Source of the DNA: Bacillota bacterium
GTDB lineage: Bacteria > Bacillota > JAAYKD01
NCBI GenBank assembly: GCA_963666425.2
Contig: OY762825.2
Span: forward strand, 1,280,001 to 1,344,000
Length of the DNA stretch: 64,000 nt
Direction: 5' to 3'
Shown here: positions 21,677 through 32,259 of the stretch, piece by piece
How positions within the stretch are numbered: the stretch's first letter is position 1
How the letters are laid out: every line of letters starts with the position of its first letter
Made by a program: the position numbers and the translations under genes
Notes under the pieces: model-generated
What the model was told of the DNA's origin: nothing
The model's database searches: none
What the model saw: only the letters and a program-made list of their open reading frames with translations

Positions 21677-23335
21677 TTGAATCTTCGTCAGGAAACAGAA
21701 GCGCTGGTGCGTGACCTGGTCGGCTGCGCCAGCATTGTGGGCACAGCCGGTGAAGCGGATCTGGCCCGGCAGGTGTTTGGCTATTTTGCGAATCTTGCTT
21801 ATTTCAAAGCGCATCCGCAGCAATTGATCCTGCAGCCAACCACAGGGGATGATCATTTGCGTTTTAATGTCATCGCTTTGGTAAAAGGAGAAGCCGTCCG
21901 GCAGAGCGATACTTTGCTGCTGCTGGGTCATCTGGATACGGTTGGTGTTGAGGATTATCATAAACTAGCCGATCTGGCTTTTCAGCCGGATGAATTGAAA
22001 GAGCAAATTGAGACGGCCAATCTGCCGGATGCGGTCACGGCAGAAATTCGTGCTGACAATTGGCTGCTGGGCCGCGGTATTTTAGATATGAAGAGCGGTC
22101 TGGCTGCCCAAATGCTGTCGGTCAAGCAAGCGGCGGAAAACGCAGCAGCTTTTCCCGGTAATCTGCTCTTTCTGGCCGAATGCGATGAGGAAGATAATTC
22201 TCACGGTGTGCTTTCCGCCTTGCCGCTCTTGGAAGAGCTCTGTCGTGAGTATGATCTGACCCTGCAGGGAGCGATCAACGCCGATTACACCGCACCGCGC
22301 TACCCAAACGATCCTTCGCGCTATCTCTACTACGGTACAGTCGGCAAGCAATTGCCGGCGTTCTATGTGGTCGGCAAAGAAACGCATGTGGGAGATCCCT
22401 TCGGTGGGCTTGATCCCAATTTCCTGGCTGCGCATTTAGTCGAACAGATCAGTTATCAACCCGATTTTTGTGACATCGCACAAAACGAACTGACCACGCC
22501 TCCCGTTACCTTAAAGCAAACCGATTTCAAACCTTTCTATACCGTACAAACGAACATCAGCTCCCTGGTTTATTTCAATCTGGCGGTGCATCATTGGTCA
22601 CCGGAAACCATTTTAAATCGGATGTGCACTGCTGCCGAATCTTCCTTTCAGGCAGCGCTGCAGACACTGCAGTCGCGTTACGACGTCTACTGCAGCCAGA
22701 GCGGGCTGCCGCAGCAGAAATTGCCCTGGCAGCCGCGCGTGCTGACCTACAAAGCAATGGTTGAAAGCGCCGCTCTGCTGCACGGCGAGACCTTTCTCAG
22801 TGCTTTGCGGCGATATGCGGTAGAACTGACGCAAACTCCGAAAGATTTACGGGAATACAATACCGCCATGGTGCAATTTGTCTGGCAATGGCAGCAGGAT
22901 CAACGGCCGGCCATCGTCGTTTTCTTTGGCAGCGTCTATTACCCGAGCATCCAACTGGATCGTGAGCGGCCCAGAGACAACCGCCTGATCCAGGCTGTTG
23001 AAGCGGCGGTTCTAGAAAGCAGTGAACTTTTACAGCCGTATCATTTGGAAAAACGCTTCTTCTATCCCTACATTTCCGATGCCAGCTTCCTCAGCCTGGC
23101 AGACAGTGCGTCAGCGTTGTCCGCCTATACCGACAATTATCCTGCTTATATGGAGAAGCAGCGCACCAATTTTGATCTGATCGGCCGCCTCTCGATGCCG
23201 GTCGTCAACATCGGCGCTTACGGCAAAGACGCGCACCAATACCTGGAACGGATTGACGCCGACTATAGTTTTGGCGTAACGCCGGTTTTGATTCAAAAAA
23301 CGATTCAGTCATTTTTTCAGCAAGCAAAGCAGTAG
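21677..23335 (+). CDS. M20/M25/M40 metallo-hydrolase, RocB-like
   Basis: GHLDTV, GRGILDMKSG, DEE, GTVGK, ETHVG, FYPYISD, GAYGKDAH. TTG start after GAGGTG. Confidence 0.85.
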   Translation: MNLRQETEALVRDLVGCASIVGTAGEADLARQVFGYFANLAYFKAHPQQLILQPTTGDDHLRFNVIALVKGEAVRQSDTLLLLGHLDTVGVEDYHKLADLAFQPDELKEQIETANLPDAVTAEIRADNWLLGRGILDMKSGLAAQMLSVKQAAENAAAFPGNLLFLAECDEEDNSHGVLSALPLLEELCREYDLTLQGAINADYTAPRYPNDPSRYLYYGTVGKQLPAFYVVGKETHVGDPFGGLDPNFLAAHLVEQISYQPDFCDIAQNELTTPPVTLKQTDFKPFYTVQTNISSLVYFNLAVHHWSPETILNRMCTAAESSFQAALQTLQSRYDVYCSQSGLPQQKLPWQPRVLTYKAMVESAALLHGETFLSALRRYAVELTQTPKDLREYNTAMVQFVWQWQQDQRPAIVVFFGSVYYPSIQLDRERPRDNRLIQAVEAAVLESSELLQPYHLEKRFFYPYISDASFLSLADSASALSAYTDNYPAYMEKQRTNFDLIGRLSMPVVNIGAYGKDAHQYLERIDADYSFGVTPVLIQKTIQSFFQQAKQ

Positions 23336-23355
23336 AAACTAAGGAGGATGTCAAG

Positions 23356-23919
23356 ATGAAAGTCATCGCTTTTAACGGTTCTCCCCGCCGTAACGGCAAT
23401 ACGGCACAAAGCATTCAAATTGTTCTGGCTCAATTGGAAAAAGAAGGTATTGAAACCGAATTGATTCAACTGGGCGGACAAGTTCTCTCCGGCTGCACCG
23501 CCTGCGGCGCCTGCCGCAAATCGGATACGCCGCATTGCGCGATTGAAAACGATCCGATGAACAGTTACATTCAAAAATGTCTGGAAGCCGATGGTATCAT
23601 CATCGGTTCGCCTGTTTATTTTGGCAACGTGACACCGGAAGTAAAAGCCTTTATCGACCGGGTCGGTTTCACCACCGGCAGCAGATTACGCAATAAGGTC
23701 GGCGCCTCTGTCGTGTCCGTCCGCCGCGCCGGTTCCAACTTCACCTATGCCGCGATCAACTTCTTCTTTGGTATCAAGCAAATGATCATCCCAACTTCGA
23801 GTTACTGGAATATGACGCTGGCTTCTGCTCCCGGTGACGTGCAAAAAGACGCGGAGGGGATCCGCACCTTCGAACGCCTGGGCGAGAACATGGCCTGGCT
23901 GCTGAAAAAAATTCAATAG
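23356..23919 (+). CDS. Iron-sulfur flavoprotein / NADPH-dependent FMN reductase family
   Basis: GSPRRNGNT, CTACGAC-x7-C, GSPVYFG. Confidence 0.88.
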   Translation: MKVIAFNGSPRRNGNTAQSIQIVLAQLEKEGIETELIQLGGQVLSGCTACGACRKSDTPHCAIENDPMNSYIQKCLEADGIIIGSPVYFGNVTPEVKAFIDRVGFTTGSRLRNKVGASVVSVRRAGSNFTYAAINFFFGIKQMIIPTSSYWNMTLASAPGDVQKDAEGIRTFERLGENMAWLLKKIQ

Positions 23920-23928
23920 GATATAAAT

Positions 23929-23970
23929 AAGGGAGCTGTAGCAAATAAAAATTGCTGCAGCTCCTTTTTA
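23929..23970 (+). terminator. Intrinsic terminator
   Basis: GGAGCTGTAGCAA...TTGCTGCAGCTCC followed by TTTTT. Confidence 0.8.
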
Positions 23971-24231
23971 ATATCCTGATATGTAATTACATGTTAAAGG
24001 CATACCTGGAGTGCTTTATTTCTGGATAATGGCTGACTTAAGAACATCTCTTCTTCGGTTTTCTTAAAATCTTATGCTGCTGTCTTCAATTCTAATTTGA
24101 AAATTCGATCCTTTTTGCTTTGAATTGTTCGGAAAGATAGTTGAGCTTTCGTGTTTTCGTTATTTTTGATAAAAAAAATCATAATGATGGTATTTGCTGC
24201 GATGCTCAATGCTTATCATGGTAAACAGCAG

Positions 24232-24882
24232 CTAAAACTGTAATTGAAACCAACTTTTTTCATAATTGATTAAGCCATCTCGCTTCATCCAGGATAACTC
24301 CCGGGAAAGAGCACTGCGATCGACATCTAAGTATTCCGCCATCGTGTCGCGATTCATCGGAATGACAAAGGAATTTGACCCCGCGGTATCTGCAAACTCC
24401 GAGAGGAAAGTCAAAACCTTGTCACGTATTGAGGGTTGAACCAGGCAATCATTTCTATCGTGCAGGATTAAGGCTTTTTCTGCGATGCCATCCAATAGAT
24501 TACTTAATAATTGCTCGCGGTGTGGGTAATCGCGCCTTGAAAGAATGTTACGCATTGGGATAAATAGTACAACAAGATTTTCCAGAGCCTGGACCGTCAC
24601 AGGGCTTGTGCGAACATGGCTCGCCGCAAGCAGCACCCCAATGTAATTTCCAGGCTGAATTCGTGTTACAATCACTTGCTTGCCTGTGAACCCGATCTTT
24701 ACCGATTGAGCGGTTCCGGATAGTAGAATTCCAATATTCCTGACTAGATCGCCTTCTCGCACGATGTGTTCATCTTTGCGAAATTCCCTTCGTGTTGCAG
24801 AAAGATAAATGAGCATGGTCTCAATCTCGTCCCGCGTAATACCCTGAAACAAAGAGGATTGAATCAACATAATTTCTGACAT
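24232..24882 (-). CDS. Crp/Fnr family transcriptional regulator (HcpR-like)
   Basis: N-terminal cNMP-binding fold (LFQGI...GILLSG); C-terminal HTH MAEYLDVDRSALSRELS. Confidence 0.88.
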   Translation of the reverse strand: MSEIMLIQSSLFQGITRDEIETMLIYLSATRREFRKDEHIVREGDLVRNIGILLSGTAQSVKIGFTGKQVIVTRIQPGNYIGVLLAASHVRTSPVTVQALENLVVLFIPMRNILSRRDYPHREQLLSNLLDGIAEKALILHDRNDCLVQPSIRDKVLTFLSEFADTAGSNSFVIPMNRDTMAEYLDVDRSALSRELSWMKRDGLINYEKSWFQLQF

Positions 24883-24950
24883 CAATTTCTCCTTTCTGTG
24901 TCTGACTCTTCACGGTTTATCGAATGTTATGTTAAATTTCTTCGTTCTTT

Positions 24951-24969
24951 GTTGCACATGCAACGGACG
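24951..24969 (+). promoter_or_regulatory. Candidate Crp/Fnr (HcpR-like) operator
   Basis: Palindrome GTTGCA-CA-TGCAAC followed by GGACG, 23 nt upstream of TATACT (24988-24993). Near-identical element at 63580-63598. Confidence 0.7.
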
Positions 24970-25032
24970 TCTGGATTTTGATTATACTATACTTTTCATC
25001 GAAGAACAAATGGAAGGAATGAATAAGGAAAA

Positions 25033-25569
25033 ATGAACACTCATTCACGTGTACTATGGATCACCCAAACCGCTATCTTTATTGCGTTGCTTGTTATTTT
25101 ACAAGTCAGTAGCGCACCACTGAAAAACATCTTCCTTACAGGCTCTGCTGTCAATCTGTTGCTCGTCGTTTCTGTGATGAACTGTGGTTTCTCATCCGGC
25201 ATCGTTGTTTCTCTGCTTTCACCGGTATTGGCGAAGCTTATGGGGATCGGTCCGCTATGGAGTCTGATTCCGTTTATTGTTCTTGGAAATTTCACTCTCA
25301 TTATGGTTTGGTATTTCATTACCAGAATCAGAAAAGCCAAACGAGTAGTTACTTACATGATGGCAACAGCAGTAGCAGCGATTGCGAAGTTTCTAGTACT
25401 CTATCTTGGCATCGTCAAACTGGCTATACCCTATCTACTGGAATTACCAAAAAAACAGGTGACGATGATATCAGGTATGTTTTCGTTTCCGCAACTTTTA
25501 ACCGCTCTGATCGGCGGGCTGGCAGCCACCATGATACTGCCGATCCTGCAGCGAAGTATTAGGAGGTAA
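25033..25569 (+). CDS. ECF transporter S-component, unknown substrate
   Basis: 178 aa, about 5-6 TM segments, N-terminal AxxxA (TAIFIAL) motif. Confidence 0.75.
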   Translation: MNTHSRVLWITQTAIFIALLVILQVSSAPLKNIFLTGSAVNLLLVVSVMNCGFSSGIVVSLLSPVLAKLMGIGPLWSLIPFIVLGNFTLIMVWYFITRIRKAKRVVTYMMATAVAAIAKFLVLYLGIVKLAIPYLLELPKKQVTMISGMFSFPQLLTALIGGLAATMILPILQRSIRR

Positions 25570-25869
25570 GAATGGAATCCGTATTTACCGGTATCCCATA
25601 GAGAATTTCAATGATATTACTTGGATTGTTCTATAATAAGGTAAAGTAAAAAGCATCCTTTTCCCACGAATGGTCATGCAGATGCTTTTGAATGTTTTCC
25701 TATATTTTATTATTCTTTTGCTTGCTGGACTATTTCTTACCAAGTTGAATCCAGGATTTTCACTCTTTCGCATTTGGGCTCAACAGGCGCAGAAAAAGGA
25801 GTCAGGCAACTGCCTTGTTTCAACTCTTCTTCCATTTTATTCCCGATCACCCTAATGAATTGGTTAAAA

Positions 25870-26649
25870 TTAGAAGAGCACATTCAGCAGGCGCGAACGG
25901 CTGTAAAAGCCGGCGCTTTCAATGGTACGCTTACTGAGCTGATTATAGTACCAACAGCCGACGATCGGTCGATTTCCTTCGGCAATGACGAGCTGCGTCA
26001 GATGCTGCAAGAGACTGCGGCCTACCCCTTTTTGGCGATGCTGCTCTAAGACCAGGTTGCCGATGTCGTAGCCATCCTGCAGCAGCTGCAAACGCTCAAT
26101 ATGACCGTAACCCAACGTCTCACCCTCAAAAACCAACCGGTAGAGACGGTGGCTGCCGTCCAGCAGCAGGTTTGGCTGCAGCTCATAAAAACGTTTGGCT
26201 TCCGGTTCCTGATCCAATTCCGTCGCTGTTACCTGCTGTAAACAGGCTTTGGCAAAGGCAGGCTTCGCCGCCAACCGCTGCAAATCCGGTTCAAAGAAAT
26301 AGGCCTGCAGCTGGATCTGCTGATGAAAATCGAGCGCCATGGCCAGCAGCAGAGGATCTGCTGTCGCCACATAAGCGCTGCGGACCGAAAAATCCGCTAA
26401 GATTTGTTGAAAAATCGTCTGCGCCAGATGAAGATAACCTGGTTTTAAGTAAAACCAGGTCAAACGTTCTCCGTCCTGCAGCGCAAAACCGCCAATCAGA
26501 GCCTCGTCGGCTGCCGGCTTGATACTATAATGCTCGGCATGTAATAGGTTAGCTTCCCAAAAGCCATCCGTCGCGCCGGTCAAAGTCTGCAGATACGCAT
26601 CAAAAAGCGGCTGCAGGCTGACAAAACTGCTTGGTTCGAAGCGAAACAT
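25870..26649 (-). CDS. GNAT family N-acetyltransferase
   Basis: C-terminal HRQKGVG motif A and NQLSKRTIESAGF. ATG 26649 after AAGGAG. Confidence 0.8.
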   Translation of the reverse strand: MFRFEPSSFVSLQPLFDAYLQTLTGATDGFWEANLLHAEHYSIKPAADEALIGGFALQDGERLTWFYLKPGYLHLAQTIFQQILADFSVRSAYVATADPLLLAMALDFHQQIQLQAYFFEPDLQRLAAKPAFAKACLQQVTATELDQEPEAKRFYELQPNLLLDGSHRLYRLVFEGETLGYGHIERLQLLQDGYDIGNLVLEQHRQKGVGRSLLQHLTQLVIAEGNRPIVGCWYYNQLSKRTIESAGFYSRSRLLNVLF

Positions 26650-26666
26650 GGGTGTCTCCTTTTGCA

Positions 26667-27188
26667 TCAATTGGTTGTGATGGTATAAACGCCTTTCACC
26701 ATCACATAGGAATAAAAACGTATATTCAGTCCGCGGCCATCCGTGCGGGGAATCAGCAAGTGATGGTTGCATAAAACGGTGTCACCGGTCTTTAAGTCGC
26801 TGCCGGCGGTGAGATCGGCTACCCCTGCATTCTCCGTATTGCCAATGGCCAATGCCTCGCCGGCACGGAGAATCATTTCCGTACCTTCCGAACCAATCAG
26901 GCGAGACCCTGGCGACAGCTCTAAGATTTCCCATTTTGCTGCCGGAAGTGGATCCGTGGCAGAATCGCCGGGTAAGGCAGCCAGCGCCGTCTTAATCTGC
27001 TCGCTGACCATGACCTGAATTTCATCTTTGAACGTCACGAGTCTGGATTGCAGATAACTGAGTGTGATCAAAGGATCGCTGCCGCTGCCGGTCTCCCCCA
27101 CACTGGCCTGACTGGTCCGCAGCGGCTGCAGGCATAAAAGCAATCCAAAGAACAGGATGATCAGAGAGGGCCATCTTTTTCTACTCAT
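26667..27188 (-). CDS. Hypothetical exported protein
   Basis: Signal-peptide-like N-terminus; GSDPLITLSYL, GTEMILRAG and NHHLLIPRTDGRG look like a conserved clostridial hypothetical family. Confidence 0.7.
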   Translation of the reverse strand: MSRKRWPSLIILFFGLLLCLQPLRTSQASVGETGSGSDPLITLSYLQSRLVTFKDEIQVMVSEQIKTALAALPGDSATDPLPAAKWEILELSPGSRLIGSEGTEMILRAGEALAIGNTENAGVADLTAGSDLKTGDTVLCNHHLLIPRTDGRGLNIRFYSYVMVKGVYTITTN

Positions 27189-27215
27189 CGTCTTTTCCTC
27201 CCGAAACCCGGTTTT

Positions 27216-28335
27216 TTATTCTTTCACCAACCATTGACCGGTCGCCAAACAACGTAAGTAAGCATGGATCAAAGTATCCAATTCCCCGTTCAGGATGGCT
27301 TGGGTATTGCCGCTTTCCATGCCGGTCCGATGATCTTTGACCAAGCTGTAGGGTTGTAAGACATAAGAACGAATCTGACTGCCCCAGGCAATCCCCGATT
27401 TCCCGTCTCTGACCTGCATCGCTTCCGCTTCACGCGACCGCCGTTCCCGTTCATATAGCTTTGCTTTCATAATGCGCAGCGCGGTCTGACGGTTGGCATG
27501 CTGCGAGCGTTCGTTTTGACAGGTGACGACAATGCCGGTGGGTAAATGCGTGATCCGGATCGCTGTCTCGACCTTGTTGACATTCTGACCGCCGGCACCG
27601 CCGGAACGGTAGGTATCAATTTTCATCTCATCCGGTTTTAGATTGACTTCGATGGCATCATCGATCTCGGGCAGGACTTCCACCGCCGCAAACGAGGTGT
27701 GCCGACGTCCCGAAGTATCAAAAGGAGAAATCCGCACCAGCCGATGCACCCCATTTTCCGATTTTAAATAGCCGTAGGCATTTTCACCCCGCACGAAAAA
27801 GGTAGTACTCTTTAAGCCGGCTTCATCGCCGTTTTGATAATCGGCAATTTCCACTTTATAACCGTGATCCTCAGCATAGCGCGTATACATCCGCATCAGC
27901 ATTTCCGCCCAGTCCTGCGATTCGGTTCCGCCTGCGCCGGGATGAATGGTCAGGATGGCATTGGAAATATCCAGCGGATCGGACAGCAGCGTCGAAAGCT
28001 CCAATTGTTCCAAAGCAGCGTATAACTGCCGATAACCAGTCAGGAGTTCTTTTTCCAGTTCGGCATCGTTCTGCTCTTCCAGCAGCTGCAGCAATTCATT
28101 TAAGTTTTGCAAATCCGCCTGCAGGGTTTCAAAGCTGCTGACCTGATTTTTTACACGATTGCTTTCGGCGATCAATTTTTGAGCAGCTTCCGGCGTGTTC
28201 CAGAGATCCTCTTTGGCGATTTCTGCCTGCATCTGCTCCAGATAGGTCACTTTTTGATCGTAGTCAAAGAGACCTCCTGAGTTCGGTCAATCGGGGGGGA
28301 ATGTCGGCTAAATCGTGTTTGATATCATCCAACAT
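27216..28335 (-). CDS. prfB: Peptide chain release factor 2, programmed +1 frameshift (join 28335..28267, 28265..27216)
   Basis: A 23-codon ORF ends AGG AGG TCT CTT TGA C (internal SD plus slippery stop). The downstream frame has SPF and GGQ motifs. Confidence 0.96.
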
Positions 28336-28392
28336 CTAGTCATCAACGCCTTTCAAATTGTAAGAAGCTCCTGCTTGGTCGAAGCTGTTTTT

Positions 28393-30912
28393 CTATTTGC
28401 CGCAGCACTGTTTATATTTTTTGCCACTGCCGCAGGGACAGGGATCGTTTCTGCCGATCTTTTTCTTAGCATTCTGAATCGGCGCCCGTTTGCTGTCGGC
28501 CGTCATCAGCGCCGGGTCGATTGGCTTTGCCACTTGCTCCCGTTGGATCGGTTCCTTGCGCACTTGAATCTGCACCAGATACATCTGACGTACCACATCA
28601 TTTTGGATATTATGGATCATCTCACTGAACATTTCATAGCCTTCTACCTGATACGCCTGCAGAGGATCCTGCTGCGCATAAGCGCGCAGACCAATCCCGG
28701 TGCGCAGTTCCGTCATATCTTCCAGATGCTTCATCCACTTGGTATCAACGGTTCGCAGCATCAGCATCTGTTCCAGTTGGCGCATGATTTCCGGGGTGAA
28801 TTCTGTTTCCCGTTTCTCATACTCCTGTTCGGCTATTTCCTGTAAGCTACTCAGAATCAGCTTGCGGTCATTGCCCTGCACAGTTGCCGCCAGGTTTTCT
28901 TCACTCGCCTGAGGCAGCAGTTCCTGCATCGATTTCAGCAAACCTTCTTTGTCCCATTCCGCCGGCTTGACATGCTCACTGCAGAAAGTTTCCAGACGTT
29001 CCTCTAACGTGCTCTGCACCATACCCAGGATATCGGCTTTCAGACTGCCGCCTTCCAGGACCTGACGCCGCTGGCCGTAGATGATTTCACGCTGTTTATT
29101 CATCACATCATCATATTCGAGCACATGTTTACGGATATCGAAGTTGCGTGCCTCCACTTTACGCTGTGCATTTTCAATGGCTTTGCTGAGAATATTATGC
29201 TCGATGGGAATATCATCTTCCACCTTCAAGCTGTCCATCATGGCGGAGACCCGATCGCCGCCGAAGAGGCGCATCAGATCATCTTCCAGGGAAATATAAA
29301 ACTGACTGGAGCCGGGGTCGCCCTGACGGCCGGAACGGCCACGCAATTGGTTATCGATACGGCGTGATTCGTGCCGTTCGGTGCCAAGGATATGCAGGCC
29401 GCCCAATGCGACGACGCCTTCGCCCAGCACAATATCCGTGCCGCGTCCTGCCATGTTAGTGGCGATGGTAACCATGCCCATTTGTCCGGCCTGCGCGACG
29501 ATTTCTGCTTCTTTTTCATGAAATTTAGCATTCAAGACCTGATGCGGGATCCCTCTGCGATTCAGCATTTTCGATAAATATTCCGATTTTTCAATCGAAA
29601 TCGTACCGACCAAGACAGGCTGGCCTTGGCTGTGACGTGCGATGATATCCTCTACCACCGCATTGAACTTTGCTTGTTCGGTTTTATAAACGACATCGGG
29701 CAAATCGAGACGAATCATCGGCCGATTGGTGGGGATAACCACCACATCCATCTTATAGATGGCACGGAACTCGCCTTCTTCCGTCTCCGCTGTGCCGGTC
29801 GTGCCGGAGAGCTTATCATACATACGGAAATAATTCTGAATGGTGATGGTAGCCAGCGTCTGATTTTCCCGTTCTACGGTAACGCTTTCCTTCGCCTCGA
29901 TCGCCTGATGCAAACCGTCGCTGAAACGGCGGCCAAACATCATTCGGCCGGTAAACTCATCCACGATGATAACTTTGCCGTCATTCACCACATAATTGAC
30001 GTCCAGCTGCATCAAAGCTTTCGCTTTGATGGCATTAACCAAAAAATGGTAGAGTTCGCTATTTTCCGGAGCCATCAGGTTCTCGATGCCCAGTAAACTC
30101 TCAACCTTGCTGACACAGCTTTCGGTTGTAGAAACCGTTCTGGCTTTCTCATCGACAGTATAATCTTCTTCTTTTTGCAAGCGCGCGGCGATTTGAGCGA
30201 ATTTGCCATAGAGATCGGTCGACTTATCACCTTGGCCGCTGATGATCAGCGGGGTGCGCGCCTCATCGATTAAAATACTGTCCACTTCATCGACAATGGC
30301 ATAATTCAATGGCCGCTGCACCATGTTTTGCTGATAAACCACCATATTATCCCGCAGATAGTCAAAGCCAAATTCGCTGTTGGTACCATAGGTAATATCG
30401 GCGGCATACGCTTTGCGGCGATTGGTGTAATCGAGGTCATGAAACAGGACGTCTACCTGCAAACCTAAAAAGCGATGGATTTGACCCATCCACTCGCAGT
30501 CACGTTTTGCCAGATACTCGTTGACTGTCACAACATGCACACCCTTGCCGGTCAGCGCATTGAGGTAGGCAGAAAAAACCAGAGCGAGCGTCTTGCCCTC
30601 ACCGGTTTTCATTTCAGCGATGCGTCCCTGGTGCAGAACGATGCCGACCAAGATTTGCGTATCATAAGCGCGCTGACCAATTGTGCGGATGGCTGCTTCC
30701 CGGACCGTGGCGAAAGCCTCCGGCAGGAGTTGATCCAAAGTCTCGCCCGCCGCTAAGCGGGCTTTGAATTTCTCTGTATTTGCCGCCAATCCTTCATCCG
30801 GCAAAGCATGCATTGCAGCTTCCAGCTCATTTACTTTTTTCAGCATCGGGGTCAGCTTATCAATTTCCTTTTGATTGGGGTCTCCAAAAAGCTTTTTTAC
30901 AAATCCAAACAT
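28393..30912 (-). CDS. secA: Preprotein translocase subunit SecA
   Basis: [38 protein letters not shown]-terminal [18 protein letters not shown]. Confidence 0.98.
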   Translation of the reverse strand: MFGFVKKLFGDPNQKEIDKLTPMLKKVNELEAAMHALPDEGLAANTEKFKARLAAGETLDQLLPEAFATVREAAIRTIGQRAYDTQILVGIVLHQGRIAEMKTGEGKTLALVFSAYLNALTGKGVHVVTVNEYLAKRDCEWMGQIHRFLGLQVDVLFHDLDYTNRRKAYAADITYGTNSEFGFDYLRDNMVVYQQNMVQRPLNYAIVDEVDSILIDEARTPLIISGQGDKSTDLYGKFAQIAARLQKEEDYTVDEKARTVSTTESCVSKVESLLGIENLMAPENSELYHFLVNAIKAKALMQLDVNYVVNDGKVIIVDEFTGRMMFGRRFSDGLHQAIEAKESVTVERENQTLATITIQNYFRMYDKLSGTTGTAETEEGEFRAIYKMDVVVIPTNRPMIRLDLPDVVYKTEQAKFNAVVEDIIARHSQGQPVLVGTISIEKSEYLSKMLNRRGIPHQVLNAKFHEKEAEIVAQAGQMGMVTIATNMAGRGTDIVLGEGVVALGGLHILGTERHESRRIDNQLRGRSGRQGDPGSSQFYISLEDDLMRLFGGDRVSAMMDSLKVEDDIPIEHNILSKAIENAQRKVEARNFDIRKHVLEYDDVMNKQREIIYGQRRQVLEGGSLKADILGMVQSTLEERLETFCSEHVKPAEWDKEGLLKSMQELLPQASEENLAATVQGNDRKLILSSLQEIAEQEYEKRETEFTPEIMRQLEQMLMLRTVDTKWMKHLEDMTELRTGIGLRAYAQQDPLQAYQVEGYEMFSEMIHNIQNDVVRQMYLVQIQVRKEPIQREQVAKPIDPALMTADSKRAPIQNAKKKIGRNDPCPCGSGKKYKQCCGK

Positions 30913-30914
30913 GC

Positions 30915-32057
30915 TTATTCCTCTTTCCCTCCACGCTGTATGGCGCGTTTTTCCCGAATATCATCGACCATTGCCCAAAGGCCACCTAAGATCAGGGTAT
31001 GTCCCCCCAACATGATCGGAATTTTCGCTGCCGCAGCTGCTTTGGTAAACTCCCGAATGAAAGGGTCCTGGATGATCTGCCAGTTCCCCAAATCAGAGTT
31101 AAATCGATCGTGCTCGCTGGCTTTGATTTTCATATGGGCAAAAATAACCCTGGTATCAATAAAGGCAACATCGGAATGACAGCTGACCCAGTCAAAAAAA
31201 GCCTGGCAGCCTGCCGCCTGAATAAACGCCGCCACAAAGGAACAGACTTTGCCTTCCGCTTCCAGATTCATTGCTTTCATGCCGCGTTCTTCGGAGATAA
31301 TACGCAGACGGGCTCGAAGATGGGTATTGATGTGCTCAATTATGGGAGCACCGATGCGGCCGGACATCCAAACCGAAGGAATAAATTCCTTTTGCCGCAA
31401 AACATCCCAGGCTGCTTCCAGAGTATTTGTGTTCCAATCCAAAACGTCCACCGCGGCTCGGATGCGTGGGCTGATTTCCGGCATCAATTTTAAAAATAAA
31501 ATTTCCGTCGGTGTATCCAAATCAAAATGGATTCCGGAAGAATGCGGCATGAGCAATCTGGGCAAATGTGCCTGCCGGCGCAGCTGATAGCCAAGCGCAT
31601 TATCCATTTCAGGAGGCTCCATTGTCAACAGGCATTTGGCGGGACACCAACCGACAATATCAGCCGATTGTACATTGTTGACATAAACGACCTGTTCATT
31701 TTCATTCAAAACTTGAGCGATATCGCCAAATTCAGCATAACTCAGCAAAGGAGAACTGGCTCCGCTAAAATAGAGCACTTTCTCCATTTGATATTGCTCT
31801 ACGATTTTTTGCAGCGCCTTGCCGTAATGAAACGGCCGCCAATCGGTTGTATCTTCTACGATAGCTCCCAGGCTGAGCGCTGCGGCCGCTAAATCAGGAT
31901 AATTGGTAGCCAAAATCACGCGGTCATAATCGGGATGCCGGACTAATTTCTCGATATTATCCAAACAAATTGCCTTACGAACACCTAACATTTCCAGTTC
32001 TACCATGCTGGTAGGCGCGCCGCCTTCGAAAATTACGGCTGTCACAGGATGACTCAT
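30915..32057 (-). CDS. Hypothetical protein, possible CofC/NTP-transferase (GT-A)-like N-terminal domain
   Basis: 381 codons with [25 protein letters not shown] and FDLDTPTE echo the NTP-transferase DxDTxxD motif. Stop lies 2 nt before the secA ATG. Confidence 0.7.
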   Translation of the reverse strand: MSHPVTAVIFEGGAPTSMVELEMLGVRKAICLDNIEKLVRHPDYDRVILATNYPDLAAAALSLGAIVEDTTDWRPFHYGKALQKIVEQYQMEKVLYFSGASSPLLSYAEFGDIAQVLNENEQVVYVNNVQSADIVGWCPAKCLLTMEPPEMDNALGYQLRRQAHLPRLLMPHSSGIHFDLDTPTEILFLKLMPEISPRIRAAVDVLDWNTNTLEAAWDVLRQKEFIPSVWMSGRIGAPIIEHINTHLRARLRIISEERGMKAMNLEAEGKVCSFVAAFIQAAGCQAFFDWVSCHSDVAFIDTRVIFAHMKIKASEHDRFNSDLGNWQIIQDPFIREFTKAAAAAKIPIMLGGHTLILGGLWAMVDDIREKRAIQRGGKEE

Positions 32058-32259
32058 TTGTATCTCTCCTTCGTATTCAAGCTGCTTTGATCGGCGTAAT
32101 TTTCGCGGCCGGCAGCATTGCCTTGGCGTCGGTTTCATTATATTCTGCTTGTTCTTTTGCTCATTGGAAAAATAACTGACTTTATTTGTTCGTCACGTCC
32201 GGTATAATCTCCTGCAATCCTTTCGCAGCGCTTTCGATGGCAGAGAAAAAAGCGCTGCG

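Noticed and set aside
21506-21961. 150-aa N-terminal extension of the second M14 ORF (720 aa in the ORF track)
   Set aside because: It overlaps the divergent RocB-like gene. A TTG with a strong RBS at 21505 matches the paralogue's N-terminus.
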